64,000 bases of DNA from Candidatus Cloacimonadales bacterium (GCA_963665815.1 OY762463.1:1568001-1632000); one strand, 5' to 3'; shown: positions 1-9,838, counted from the first letter of the stretch. Notes: generated from the sequence alone by a model not told the origin. Numbers and translations are program-made.

Positions 1-1
1 T

Positions 2-595
2 CCCGGCTTTTTTCATTGCTTCTTTACCTGAGATTGTCTTGATCTCAGTGTTATCTCTATCAAAATTCTCTTTAATTATTACTCTTCCGCTTTCTTCATC
101 AACATCATCCGTTTCATCTTTACAGAGAACAAGCATAATATGAGATATCGGAGCCAGATCACCGCTTGCTCCCACGGACCCTTTTTCAGGAACTGCCGGA
201 TGCACACCTTTATTAAGCATATCAATAAGTGTCTGTAGTGTACTTAATCTTATTCCTGAAAAACCTCTGGATAGAGAGTTAATTCTGAGCAGCATAATTG
301 CTCTTACGATTTGCACAGGGAGATAGTTTCCTACACCTGTTGAATGGCTGATAATCAGATTTCTCTGCAATTTCTTGAGTTGCTCACGTGCAATTTTACG
401 GTTCTTCAACGAGCCGAATCCGGTATTTATACCGTAAACAACCTGATCATTATTTACAATTCGTTCAATCTCTTCCCTGCATGTATTAATTCTGCTTTTT
501 GCTGAATCTGATAAAACTACATTTGCCCTTTGTAATGATATTTCCCAAATTTGTTCAAGGGTTAAATTTGATCCGTCAATTACTATGTTCTTCAT
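2..595 (-). CDS. hutH: Histidine ammonia-lyase, N-terminal part (runs off the window edge)
   Basis: Not in the ORF track; translated by hand: MKNIVIDGSNLTLEQ...VYGINTGFG...LQRNLIISHSTGVG...GSVGASGDLAP. Has the ASG MIO motif and the SH histidine-specificity pair; GAGGA RBS upstream of ATG at 595. Confidence 0.9.
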   Translation of the reverse strand, partial: MKNIVIDGSNLTLEQIWEISLQRANVVLSDSAKSRINTCREEIERIVNNDQVVYGINTGFGSLKNRKIAREQLKKLQRNLIISHSTGVGNYLPVQIVRAIMLLRINSLSRGFSGIRLSTLQTLIDMLNKGVHPAVPEKGSVGASGDLAPISHIMLVLCKDETDDVDEESGRVIIKENFDRDNTEIKTISGKEAMKKAG

Positions 596-799
596 TTATT
601 CCTCATGTTCTTTTTTTTGCTACAAAAAACAATTCACTGAATAATTGTCAACAACAGTAAGAAGTATTTACAATCATTTCTGATACATCCGAAAAACAAT
701 AAAGAACTCAATCTGCTTCAGCATCTTATATTAACAGTAAACACCTGATATGAAACATGTAAAACCTGTTTCCAAAGAAATATTTCTATGATGCTGATA

Positions 800-1063
800 C
801 TACCATCTATCCCAGGTTTTTGCCAGTACTCCTGCCATATGTCCAACAATAACAGAAACCCCAATAGTTATATGCTTAAAAACAGGATTCCCAATTTTAT
901 CTACTAACGGAAATACGGAAGGAGCAAATTTTGGTGCCATAAAAACAATTACTGCACCAATTGCAGCAAAAACATAGAAACTTCCATTCATCTTCTCATA
1001 CTTGTATGTTTTTACAGTAATGAAAAAAGCAATAACTGCGATAATTAATGTTACAAAAATCAT
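800..1063 (-). CDS. Small hypothetical membrane protein (about 3 hydrophobic segments)
   Basis: 87-aa ORF with a GGAG RBS, 23 nt downstream of the DUF342 gene. Confidence 0.7.
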   Translation of the reverse strand: MIFVTLIIAVIAFFITVKTYKYEKMNGSFYVFAAIGAVIVFMAPKFAPSVFPLVDKIGNPVFKHITIGVSVIVGHMAGVLAKTWDRW

Positions 1064-1086
1064 TCAATACTCCACTTCAATAATAA

Positions 1087-2415
1087 TCAATCTGATTCGT
1101 AATTATCAAAAATCAACTCACCGTCAACAATTGAATAAGAAACTTTTTCTCTCTGCTCAACAATATTTACTGATTTCTTCAGAATCCGCAGATATGTTCC
1201 CGGGAAAATCTTTTTAAAAGCTACAATGTGCTTCGGAGCTTCATCGCTTGCAAGCAATGCCTTGTTAATTGACTCCTCGAGCTTTTCTTCATAATCCTGA
1301 ATCAGTTTCTCTACTTTGCTTATCTTATCCGAATTTTCTCCCGGAGATTCCTTTAACTCACTGAGTTTCTTGGATAAAAGCATCATCCTTTCTTTAATAA
1401 AAGGACTTATTGTTATTTCAACTTCTGTTCCTGCTGCAGTGGAATTGCCGATTACAGCTGCTTCGATGTTTTCTCCAGCCTGTACAATACCACCAATTAT
1501 ACAACCCGTTTCCGGGTCTCCTGTTACTGCTTTTTCAGCAACAAGTTTGCAGAAGTTCACTTTGTCCGAAAAGTTTATATTACCTGCAGAATAAATATTT
1601 GAATGATCTGCAGATTGAAAAGTAATTGATTCAGAGGAATATACTCCACCTGATCTACAATTAAGAATGTCACCCTTAACATCTACTTTTCTTTCACATT
1701 GAATATGAGCATCATTAATGTCTCCGAAAACAGTCAATCTACCGGTAAGTTCAATCACAATCTTTTCTTTAATATTACCATTGACTGTCAGATTCCCATT
1801 CATGGAAAAATTGTCGTACTTTAAATCAAGATCATGATGTATAACAAAATTTGAGTATACATTCACTTTGCCATCTGCATCAATATATGGATAGCCGTCA
1901 TCATCAGCAATAAGTTGATGACTGTCAGCTGAGTAGGACACGCCTTCTCCAATGAACTGACTTATGAGGTCATCATCGTTGCTTTCAGTAACAATTTCTT
2001 TTCCCCAGATATCAATACCATTTTTAGAGAATCTTGTTATATAAATATGTGCCAGAGCTTCACCTCTGGAGACACACTCATAATCCTGAAGTTTTGCAAA
2101 GTCATCCTCAAAACCAGCAACATCAATGCTCAATTTCTCATCAAAGAGAAGTTGAAATTCTACCTGTGGTTTAACCGGTGCTTCGCCTTCTGCAATAAGG
2201 AAAGGAACATCAAACTCCTTCGGAATATACTTCATATTCGGGCTCAGGATTTCTTTGTCTATTCCTGCTTCATTCAATAACTGCACAATTTCAGTTTCAT
2301 CTATAAGATGATCTCTTTTGAATAAAGTCATATATGCTTCAGATCCATGATTCCTGATCTCAACCTTTATGAGACCTGATTCACTTAAAAATTCTTTTTC
2401 CATAGTACTATCCAT
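1087..2415 (-). CDS. FapA / DUF342 family protein
   Basis: IAEGEAP motif, GIDIWG, beta-helix-like repeats (GNLTVNGNI, LTVFGDI, IIGGIVQAG), C-terminal coiled coil and IFPGT motif. Confidence 0.8.
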   Translation of the reverse strand: MDSTMEKEFLSESGLIKVEIRNHGSEAYMTLFKRDHLIDETEIVQLLNEAGIDKEILSPNMKYIPKEFDVPFLIAEGEAPVKPQVEFQLLFDEKLSIDVAGFEDDFAKLQDYECVSRGEALAHIYITRFSKNGIDIWGKEIVTESNDDDLISQFIGEGVSYSADSHQLIADDDGYPYIDADGKVNVYSNFVIHHDLDLKYDNFSMNGNLTVNGNIKEKIVIELTGRLTVFGDINDAHIQCERKVDVKGDILNCRSGGVYSSESITFQSADHSNIYSAGNINFSDKVNFCKLVAEKAVTGDPETGCIIGGIVQAGENIEAAVIGNSTAAGTEVEITISPFIKERMMLLSKKLSELKESPGENSDKISKVEKLIQDYEEKLEESINKALLASDEAPKHIVAFKKIFPGTYLRILKKSVNIVEQREKVSYSIVDGELIFDNYESD

Positions 2416-3046
2416 TATTCTTCAAAGCAATAAAGCTGATTTGTCGTTGATCAGTTTTATCTCTTCTATATGAGTTAAATTTTATATCTTCGAAAGTACA
2501 AATTTCAATATCATCAATATTCTTTTTTGAAATACCATTTTGTAATAATTCATATTCAGCAGCAGCTTTCAAGTTAATCTTACAACCTGTCTGCTTCACT
2601 TCAGTGCATTCAACAAATCGATTGAAAGTCTTTTTATCAACTGAATAATGTTTTTCAGAAACAGCAGGTCCCAATACTGCAATAATATCATCAGAATCTG
2701 TGTTATATTCTTCTTCCATTGCAGAAATAGTTTTTGTCAAAATGTGTTTTTCCAGTCCTGCTCTACCACAATGAACCGCTGCAACCACTTTTTTTCGGGA
2801 ATCGTAAAGAAGAATCGGAATACAGTCTGCTGTTTTAACGCATAACTTAATATTTTTCACCTGCGTTACTAACGAATCGCATTCTTTGACATCAAAATTA
2901 CTTTTTATTATATTAATATCATTCCCATGAACCTGTTTCATAATCACAGTATTCTTATCTGAGACTAACAAGTCAAAGTCATTTCTGTTACCAAAACCAT
3001 GCTCAATAACATCACTGAAATCCGCTAAAAGATCAGAACAGAGCAT
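2408..3046 (-). CDS. pgeF: YfiH/PgeF family (peptidoglycan editing factor / purine nucleoside phosphorylase)
   Basis: QVHG, KTADCIPILL, AAVHCG and SYRRD motifs. Confidence 0.88.
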   Translation of the reverse strand: MLCSDLLADFSDVIEHGFGNRNDFDLLVSDKNTVIMKQVHGNDINIIKSNFDVKECDSLVTQVKNIKLCVKTADCIPILLYDSRKKVVAAVHCGRAGLEKHILTKTISAMEEEYNTDSDDIIAVLGPAVSEKHYSVDKKTFNRFVECTEVKQTGCKINLKAAAEYELLQNGISKKNIDDIEICTFEDIKFNSYRRDKTDQRQISFIALKNNG

Positions 3047-3051
3047 AATAT

Positions 3052-4056
3052 TTAGAATGATTCGTCATCAGAATCATCGTTAAACATGACCATTTTAGTA
3101 TTTCCGCCATATTCATCAAACTGGAATGAACCTGAATGCTTAAATTTATCAAGAATTGTTTTTATCCGGTCAACAGCATCTTCAACCCGAGCAATATACT
3201 TCTTGTTCTGATCCGAAATTGTTTCAGGTGAAGATGTTAACTGAAGCATTTCCAAGTTGCCCTTAATAATCATCAATGGCTGATTAATCTCGTGATTAGC
3301 CGTAACGGCCATTGCAAGAACAGAACTTTTTCGTTCAAGACTTAGAATTTCTTCCTGGGCTTCTCTGAGCTGCTTGTAAGACTGCTTCAATCCGAGTTCT
3401 GCTTTCACTCGTTCGTCAATATCAACCAGAATACCAATTATCGAAGAAATATTTCCACGATTATCAAAGATCGCTGAAACGGAATAATCCACCCAGAAAT
3501 ACTTACCATTCTTTTTAACAACACGTTTTTGTATTCTGTAATGATCTATTTTACCATCAACTATTTTCCTGAAATAGAAAGAGCACTGCTCCTGATCATC
3601 AGGATGAGTCACATCCAGAATTTTCTTTTCATATATCTCTGCTTCCGTATAACCAAGCATATCCAGAAAATTGTTGTTTACAAAACTGTATTTTCCTCTG
3701 ATATCAACTTTTTCTATCCCGACAACAGCGTTATCGAATATAGCTCTCAAATTGCTTTCCTGTTCTTCAAGGCGCTCAAGAGCAAGAATTTTCTCCTGAT
3801 GTTCAGATTCAAGATTCTCCTGAACACGAATGAGTTTCATCTGAGCAGCATCACCTACTTTGGTGACCTTCATCATTTTTCTGAGAAGCTTGTAATACTG
3901 CCTGTGGATTTCTCCTGCAAAGGATTTGAAATCATCATCATCCTGCATTGTCTCCAGTTGCTTCAGGAAGTTAGAGTAAATATCATATTCTTTTCTGAAA
4001 AACTTTTTTATCTCATGATCTTTGTTATCTTCATCATGAATGAAACTGTTATCCAT
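3052..4056 (-). CDS. SiaD-like N-terminal helix + PAS/PAC + HisKA phospho-acceptor protein lacking a HATPase domain
   Basis: N-terminal YYKLLRKMMKVTKVGDAAQ helix; PAS (VNNNFLDMLGY, THPDD, KKNGKYFWV, DIDERVKAE); H-box TANHEINQPL; protein ends about 80 aa after the His with no N/G1/G2 boxes. Confidence 0.8.
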   Translation of the reverse strand: MDNSFIHDEDNKDHEIKKFFRKEYDIYSNFLKQLETMQDDDDFKSFAGEIHRQYYKLLRKMMKVTKVGDAAQMKLIRVQENLESEHQEKILALERLEEQESNLRAIFDNAVVGIEKVDIRGKYSFVNNNFLDMLGYTEAEIYEKKILDVTHPDDQEQCSFYFRKIVDGKIDHYRIQKRVVKKNGKYFWVDYSVSAIFDNRGNISSIIGILVDIDERVKAELGLKQSYKQLREAQEEILSLERKSSVLAMAVTANHEINQPLMIIKGNLEMLQLTSSPETISDQNKKYIARVEDAVDRIKTILDKFKHSGSFQFDEYGGNTKMVMFNDDSDDESF

Positions 4057-4068
4057 ATATACTCCGAA

Positions 4069-4443
4069 TTAATATTCGATAAGGTCATAACTGAAATTCA
4101 TATCTTCCAGCAGCTCTTCCCCTGACTCAAGTATTTCTTCATCATCTTCTTCATAATACCATGCCACATGAACCGATCCGCCGACTTCGTGATACCCGTC
4201 AAGAATCTCAAAAAAATCAAGCAGACACTTTGAAGAACTACTATTTAGATAGTTCAGTTTAACCTTTATTTGTAAAGATTTTTTTACCTTCTCTACATAT
4301 TCTTCAATCCAATCATTTAAAGGCTCAAAGAAATTTATTGCATCTTCGGGATAAGAATTACCACTCATTTTCAGAATACCTGATTCAACGTCAAAATTGA
4401 CTTCCATGGTATATTTTGTTCCATCTATTTGTAAATTCTTCAT
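4069..4443 (-). CDS. siaC: SiaC family phosphoprotein (DUF1987)
   Basis: MSGNSYPEDA..FFEP..W, YLNSSSSKCL, VAWYYEEDDEEILESGEE. The ATG at 4443 overlaps the siaB stop (ATGA). Confidence 0.88.
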   Translation of the reverse strand: MKNLQIDGTKYTMEVNFDVESGILKMSGNSYPEDAINFFEPLNDWIEEYVEKVKKSLQIKVKLNYLNSSSSKCLLDFFEILDGYHEVGGSVHVAWYYEEDDEEILESGEELLEDMNFSYDLIEY

Positions 4444-5009
4444 GCACATTCCTTTTCAAGTAAAATAAAGAAGCTGACAAACGAATGTTCATCATCAATC
4501 GGCTTTACTTTAACTTCCAGAGGTCCGGACGATTTTCTTACAATATCAATTAAACCGAGCCCTGCACCACGTTGTCCTGCATCCCTGTTTGCTTTCATTT
4601 TCTCTTTTCTCATTACTTTTAACTCATCCGGAGAAAGCGAGTTAAGATAAGTAAACTGTTCAGTTATCCATTTTTCCTTTTCTTTAGTAACAACATTTCC
4701 GGAAATTATATGATATGATTCGGCATATTCATTAACGAGAACAATGCCGGAACCTATCAGTTTTCCGTCAACTTCGTACTTTTCCTCTGAATAACGGTGG
4801 ATATTCTGAGCAAGTTCAACAAATATTGAAAACATTTTCTTTGTTGTTTTTCTTTTCGAATCATTAGACAGATTATTCTTAAGCATTTCTGCAAGAACAA
4901 CCAGAATATCTTGAGTCAATATACCTTTAAACATGAGTATAGTTTTTGCTAACTCAACATGCGAATATAGTTTAAACAAATATGAATCATTATCATTTCT
5001 CTGATCCAT
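4440..5009 (-). CDS. siaB: SiaB family protein kinase (DUF6272, GHKL-like)
   Basis: FVELAQNIHRYS N-box, ISGN, GAGLGLIDI G-box; lies next to siaC. Confidence 0.87.
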   Translation of the reverse strand: MDQRNDNDSYLFKLYSHVELAKTILMFKGILTQDILVVLAEMLKNNLSNDSKRKTTKKMFSIFVELAQNIHRYSEEKYEVDGKLIGSGIVLVNEYAESYHIISGNVVTKEKEKWITEQFTYLNSLSPDELKVMRKEKMKANRDAGQRGAGLGLIDIVRKSSGPLEVKVKPIDDEHSFVSFFILLEKECA

Positions 5010-5082
5010 GCGAACTCCTTATAAGACGTTTTCATATTAAGTCAGGTCTTTTGTCAACCTAACTCTCACAAATATTTATAAT

Positions 5083-8000
5083 TTAATCTTTTTTTATTCT
5101 GATTCCGACGATAGTAATATCATCTCTCTGCTTTTCAGATCCCTTATGTCTTGATAGTGCTTTATTAATTTTTTCTGACTGAATGGACATATCTCTTTCG
5201 TATAACGAAACAAGTAGATCCTTCAATTTACGGGAACCGAATTTCTTGTTATCCGAGTTTGCCTGATCAACATATCCATCGGTTGTCAGATAGAATATAT
5301 CATTATTTTCCAGTGTAATATCAGTATTTGAATACTTTCTTTCCTTTTTCCTGCTGCGACCACCAATTCCTTTTCGGGAGCATTTTATTGTATCAAATTC
5401 AATATGTCCATTACGTTTTCTTACTGCATAAAGAGGTCTGCCTGCACCGGCAAAACATAATGAGTTCCTATTCTTATCAAGTCTTACCAGACATACTTCC
5501 ATACCATCAATAGCTTCTGCGTTATCATTAGTCTGTTTTAGAATACGCTGCATATCCTGATGCATTTTCAACAGAATCTCCGCAGGATCAAAAATTCTTT
5601 CCTGACGAATAATTTCTGTGAGAAGCATGTGTCCTATAACTGATAAAAGAGCTCCTGGAACACCATGGCCTGTACAATCAACTACAACCAGAAAATCGTA
5701 ATCGTCAATCTCTGTTGACCAGTAAAAATCACCAGCAATAATATCTCGTGGTTTATAACATACAAAGCACTCGGAATACTGTTGATTAATTCTCTCTTGC
5801 TGTGGCAGGAAAGCATGTTGAATACGCTCGGAATATCTGATGCTGCTCATAATCTGTTCGTTTTTCTCTTTTACTTCAGCAGTTCTGACAGAAACTTCTT
5901 TTTCAAGTTCCTCAGTTCTTTTCTGCAATGCTTTTGTTCTCTGTCTGAATATTGCTATCACTATCAGAACAGCAGCTGCAATTTCAAACAGAATAAACCA
6001 TATTGTTTTCCAGAAAGGCGGATTAACCTTAAGAGGAATTCTCAGTACTTCACTCTCATTACCTGACATATCAATTGCTTTAAGCATAAACACATAGTGT
6101 CCGGCATTAAGGTTTGTATACCTGATTTTTCTCTCTTCTGTTTTGTCTGACCAGAAACTGTCAAAGTTCAGAAGCTGATATTGAAAACGGACATTCTCAG
6201 GATTTTTATAATCAAGAGCAATAAACTCAAAGGTTAGATTATTATTATCATAGTTAAAAACATATTCTTCATCACTCAATTTTTCCGGGACACCTTTGTC
6301 TGCAGCAAAATTAGTCAATATTACAACCGGTGGAATTGTATCAATAACAACTACTTCCGGATCTATTGTCATAACACCGAAAGAAGAAGAAAACCAAAGT
6401 TTTCCTTCCCTGTCTTTATAAGCTCCGGTTGTTCTGGTTGCATTGGCAATCATTCCGTCCACTTCAGAATAATACGTGTACCTTTCTCCGTCATACTCAT
6501 AAATACCGTTAATTGTACCTATCCATATATGACCATTATCATCCTTGACAAGCGATTTGATAATTTCCGCATTTTCAAAAGGTTCTTTTATCATTTCTGT
6601 ATATGTTTTGCTTTTCTTGTTGAAAACAGCTATTCCTTCACCATAAGTTGCACACCAGATATTTTCTTCATCTATTGAAACAAGACCTACCATTGTTGAT
6701 GTAAAGTATTTCGAGTCAGGACTGTATTCATTCAGAATCTGACCCTGTTTATTCATCTGGATCAAACCTTTGTCGGCTGATGCCATCCAGAGATATCCAT
6801 CCTTATCTTCCTCTATCTGATATATCCCGTAATCCTCACCAAGATCATATACTTTATACCTGTTTCCGTAGAATTTGATCATTTTATCATCACGTTGAGC
6901 CCAGACGCTGCCATCAGAATCAGTAAAAATTTCAGTAACATAAGATGTTGATTCATCCAGTTCGCGAGGAACTCTGTTTACAAATTTTCTCCCATTGAAA
7001 GAGTGTATTCCTCCGTTATATGTACCGACCCAGATTACATTGTTGTGATCAATATCAAGTGCCCAGGCATCATTATGAGTAATTCCATCCCCTGTATTAT
7101 ATGTTTTTATTGATCCATCTTTCATAATTCTGGCAATACCATCATCTGTGGATACCCAGTAACTGCCGTCCTTTCCTTCAACAATGTTATTTGTTCCGGA
7201 ACTAGGTAGCCCATTGATTATCGTATAATTGGATATCTTCCCTCTGTTCATTTTATCAATTCCTGCCCCATTTGTTCCAAGCCAGATATTCTCTTCCCTG
7301 TCGATGAACATCACATTTATATTGTTATTGGAAAAACCATTAGATGTAGTATAAAGACGAGTATCTCCTGTTGCCAGATCACAGGAAAACAATCCTTCCG
7401 AACTTGAAAACAATAATTCGTTTGAAAACACCAGAGCATTTCTGATTACTGCATCTTTGAAAATCTTGTGTCTGATTCTTGTCTTAAGCTTTTCAATTTT
7501 CAAAGTACGAAGATCAAAAGCATAAAGTACCCCATTTTTATCATACATCCATACCCTGTCTTTGTAATCATGAAAAATTTCATTCTTATCCCAGGTATGG
7601 ATAAAGTCACTGTCTGTTGTTTTCAGAAATTCTTTAAAAATTCCCTTCCCCGGATTACAGTATGTCCAGACATTCATTTTTGTATCAGAATCAACTATGT
7701 AATGAAAATACACTGAATCACCATACTGTATGAAGCCTGAATAATCATCTTCATTGTATGAAGTAGCAAAATTCTTTTTATGCCATTCAACAAATTCTTT
7801 TTTACCCAGATCAATCATATATGAATATGTCTTTGCTTCTCTTGTAACATATAATTGTATAATTTCTTTTGTCAGAAATATAACCGATACACTTTCATCC
7901 ACATCTATGCCCATTCCTTCAAAATTAAGAATGGAATCAAATGATTTTGAGTTGTGATTGTATTTCCTGATTTCTCTGGAGGTTGTAACATATACATTAA

Positions 8001-8394
8001 TATAGTTTGAGTCAGATTCTGTAGCAATATCAATAATCTCTTCTTTGAATTCCGTACTGAAATAATTCTGATCATACCTGAAAGAATGATTATTATCCAT
8101 AACTGAAAATGACTCTGAGCCTATGAAATACAGTATTCCATCGTCATCATACATTCTACTGAGAGCATTTTCTGTCAAACCATTGGCAATAGTATAATTT
8201 TCGAAATGCCGACCGTCAAACTTACTGGCTCCCCCCTGGGTTAAAAACCAGATGAATCCTTCTTTATCTTTGTAAATATCCAGAATCTGGTTCTGAGTAA
8301 GTCCATCTTTTGTGTTATAATTTTTCACAGGCAGCATCTGCCCCATCAGACTTGCAACAATGAAACAGAGAGTTATTGTAAGTATTAGACGCAT
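5083..8394 (-). CDS. SiaA-like membrane sensor phosphatase: regulator beta-propeller + Y_Y_Y + TM + SpoIIE/PP2C domain
   Basis: Signal peptide; repeats such as YNTKDGL..DKEGFIWF and DREENIWLGT; Y_Y_Y (FQYQL, IRYTNLNAGHY); PPFWKT + TM; PP2C motifs GDFYW, DCTGHGVPGA, TDGYVDQ, QRDDIT. Confidence 0.88.
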   Translation of the reverse strand: MRLILTITLCFIVASLMGQMLPVKNYNTKDGLTQNQILDIYKDKEGFIWFLTQGGASKFDGRHFENYTIANGLTENALSRMYDDDGILYFIGSESFSVMDNNHSFRYDQNYFSTEFKEEIIDIATESDSNYINVYVTTSREIRKYNHNSKSFDSILNFEGMGIDVDESVSVIFLTKEIIQLYVTREAKTYSYMIDLGKKEFVEWHKKNFATSYNEDDYSGFIQYGDSVYFHYIVDSDTKMNVWTYCNPGKGIFKEFLKTTDSDFIHTWDKNEIFHDYKDRVWMYDKNGVLYAFDLRTLKIEKLKTRIRHKIFKDAVIRNALVFSNELLFSSSEGLFSCDLATGDTRLYTTSNGFSNNNINVMFIDREENIWLGTNGAGIDKMNRGKISNYTIINGLPSSGTNNIVEGKDGSYWVSTDDGIARIMKDGSIKTYNTGDGITHNDAWALDIDHNNVIWVGTYNGGIHSFNGRKFVNRVPRELDESTSYVTEIFTDSDGSVWAQRDDKMIKFYGNRYKVYDLGEDYGIYQIEEDKDGYLWMASADKGLIQMNKQGQILNEYSPDSKYFTSTMVGLVSIDEENIWCATYGEGIAVFNKKSKTYTEMIKEPFENAEIIKSLVKDDNGHIWIGTINGIYEYDGERYTYYSEVDGMIANATRTTGAYKDREGKLWFSSSFGVMTIDPEVVVIDTIPPVVILTNFAADKGVPEKLSDEEYVFNYDNNNLTFEFIALDYKNPENVRFQYQLLNFDSFWSDKTEERKIRYTNLNAGHYVFMLKAIDMSGNESEVLRIPLKVNPPFWKTIWFILFEIAAAVLIVIAIFRQRTKALQKRTEELEKEVSVRTAEVKEKNEQIMSSIRYSERIQHAFLPQQERINQQYSECFVCYKPRDIIAGDFYWSTEIDDYDFLVVVDCTGHGVPGALLSVIGHMLLTEIIRQERIFDPAEILLKMHQDMQRILKQTNDNAEAIDGMEVCLVRLDKNRNSLCFAGAGRPLYAVRKRNGHIEFDTIKCSRKGIGGRSRKKERKYSNTDITLENNDIFYLTTDGYVDQANSDNKKFGSRKLKDLLVSLYERDMSIQSEKINKALSRHKGSEKQRDDITIVGIRIKKD

Positions 8395-8524
8395 AATTTC
8401 CTCTTGACGTAAAAAAGATTATCAATATAAGTAAGAAAACTGTTTTTTTGTAAAGGAATATTTATTTTTTTAAGATTCTATTGTATTAATTAATGGTATT
8501 TTAAAATACTTTACCGGAGGATAA

Positions 8525-9838
8525 ATGAAACAAGTAGATATTTTATTTAGAAATTGTAATATAGTATCAATTGACGATGATATGAAAATTATAATGAGGG
8601 GAAATTTGGCTGTTTCCGGAAATAAAATCTTCGACATTTGGACAAATGAAGAAAATAAGTTCTATGAAGCCGACACTGTTATTGAAGATAAAATTCTTAT
8701 ACCCGGACTTATTAATGCTCATACTCATGTTGCCATGGCATATTTCAAAGGCGTTGCTGATGATATTGAGCTATTCTCCTGGCTAAGTAATTACATCTGG
8801 CCACTTGAAGCAAAGTTTCTTAATAATGATTTTGTGTATGATTCTTCTCTGCATGGTTGTGCAGAAATGATTAAGAATGGTATAACATTATTCAGTGATA
8901 TGTATTTTTATGAAGAATCTACTGCCAGAGCTGCTGAAAAAGCAGGAATCAGAGCTATACTCGGAGAAGGTGTTCTTGATTTTCCGGCAGGACCACACAA
9001 AACACCTGAAGAAATGATAATGTATGCAGTCAAGGCAAACAAAAAATGGAAAGACTCAGACTTAATTGATTTCCAGATTGCTCCCCATGCAATATACACT
9101 TGTGGACCGGAAGCATTAAAAAAAGCTTACAAAGTATCAAAAGAAAACAATATGCTTATGCATATACATGTTTCAGAAACTCAAAAAGAAAACGCTGACT
9201 GTATTGAAAAGTTCGGATGTACTCCTGTACAGCATCTGGAGAATCTTGGAATCCTGGATAAAAATGTAATTCTTGCCCATGCAGTATGGACAACAGATGA
9301 GGATAGAGAGATTATCAAAAACAGAAAATGCGGTATTGCCATTAACACAGAAAGTAACCTGAAACTCGCCTCCGGATTTGCACCTTTAAAGGAATACACA
9401 GAAAAAGGAATAAGATTCGCCTTTGGAACTGATGGTGTAGCAAGCAATAACAACCTCAGTCTTCTGGAAGAATTGTCCACTTCTGCCAAACTCCATAAAG
9501 CATTGAATGCAGACCCAACTTTCCTTCCGGCAAAGGACATTCTCAGAGCAGCTACTTTTGAAGCAGCCTGCATTATGGGAAAGGATGATCAACTCGGTTC
9601 TCTTGAAATCGGCAAAAAAGCTGATATTGTATGTATTGACATGAATTCCATTGAAGCTCAACCATGCTATAATATATATTCACACATTATATATACATTG
9701 CAGACAGAAAACATTAATGATGTTGTAATCAATGGAAAAATTGTGATGCAGAACAGAAAACTTACTAATATTGACGAAGCTGAACTCATCTGTACTGCCC
9801 AGAAATATAAGAAAGAAATTGAAGGAGAAATCAGTTAA
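8525..9838 (+). CDS. mtaD: Amidohydrolase, 5-methylthioadenosine/S-adenosylhomocysteine deaminase-like
   Basis: PGLINAHTH, APHAIYT, HIHVSET, ESNLKLASG, GTDGVASNN. Confidence 0.8.
   Translation: MKQVDILFRNCNIVSIDDDMKIIMRGNLAVSGNKIFDIWTNEENKFYEADTVIEDKILIPGLINAHTHVAMAYFKGVADDIELFSWLSNYIWPLEAKFLNNDFVYDSSLHGCAEMIKNGITLFSDMYFYEESTARAAEKAGIRAILGEGVLDFPAGPHKTPEEMIMYAVKANKKWKDSDLIDFQIAPHAIYTCGPEALKKAYKVSKENNMLMHIHVSETQKENADCIEKFGCTPVQHLENLGILDKNVILAHAVWTTDEDREIIKNRKCGIAINTESNLKLASGFAPLKEYTEKGIRFAFGTDGVASNNNLSLLEELSTSAKLHKALNADPTFLPAKDILRAATFEAACIMGKDDQLGSLEIGKKADIVCIDMNSIEAQPCYNIYSHIIYTLQTENINDVVINGKIVMQNRKLTNIDEAELICTAQKYKKEIEGEIS

Noticed and set aside
3052-4056. Pseudogene of a histidine kinase
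   Set aside because: No HATPase remnant follows; pgeF starts 5 nt later and the ORF ends cleanly.
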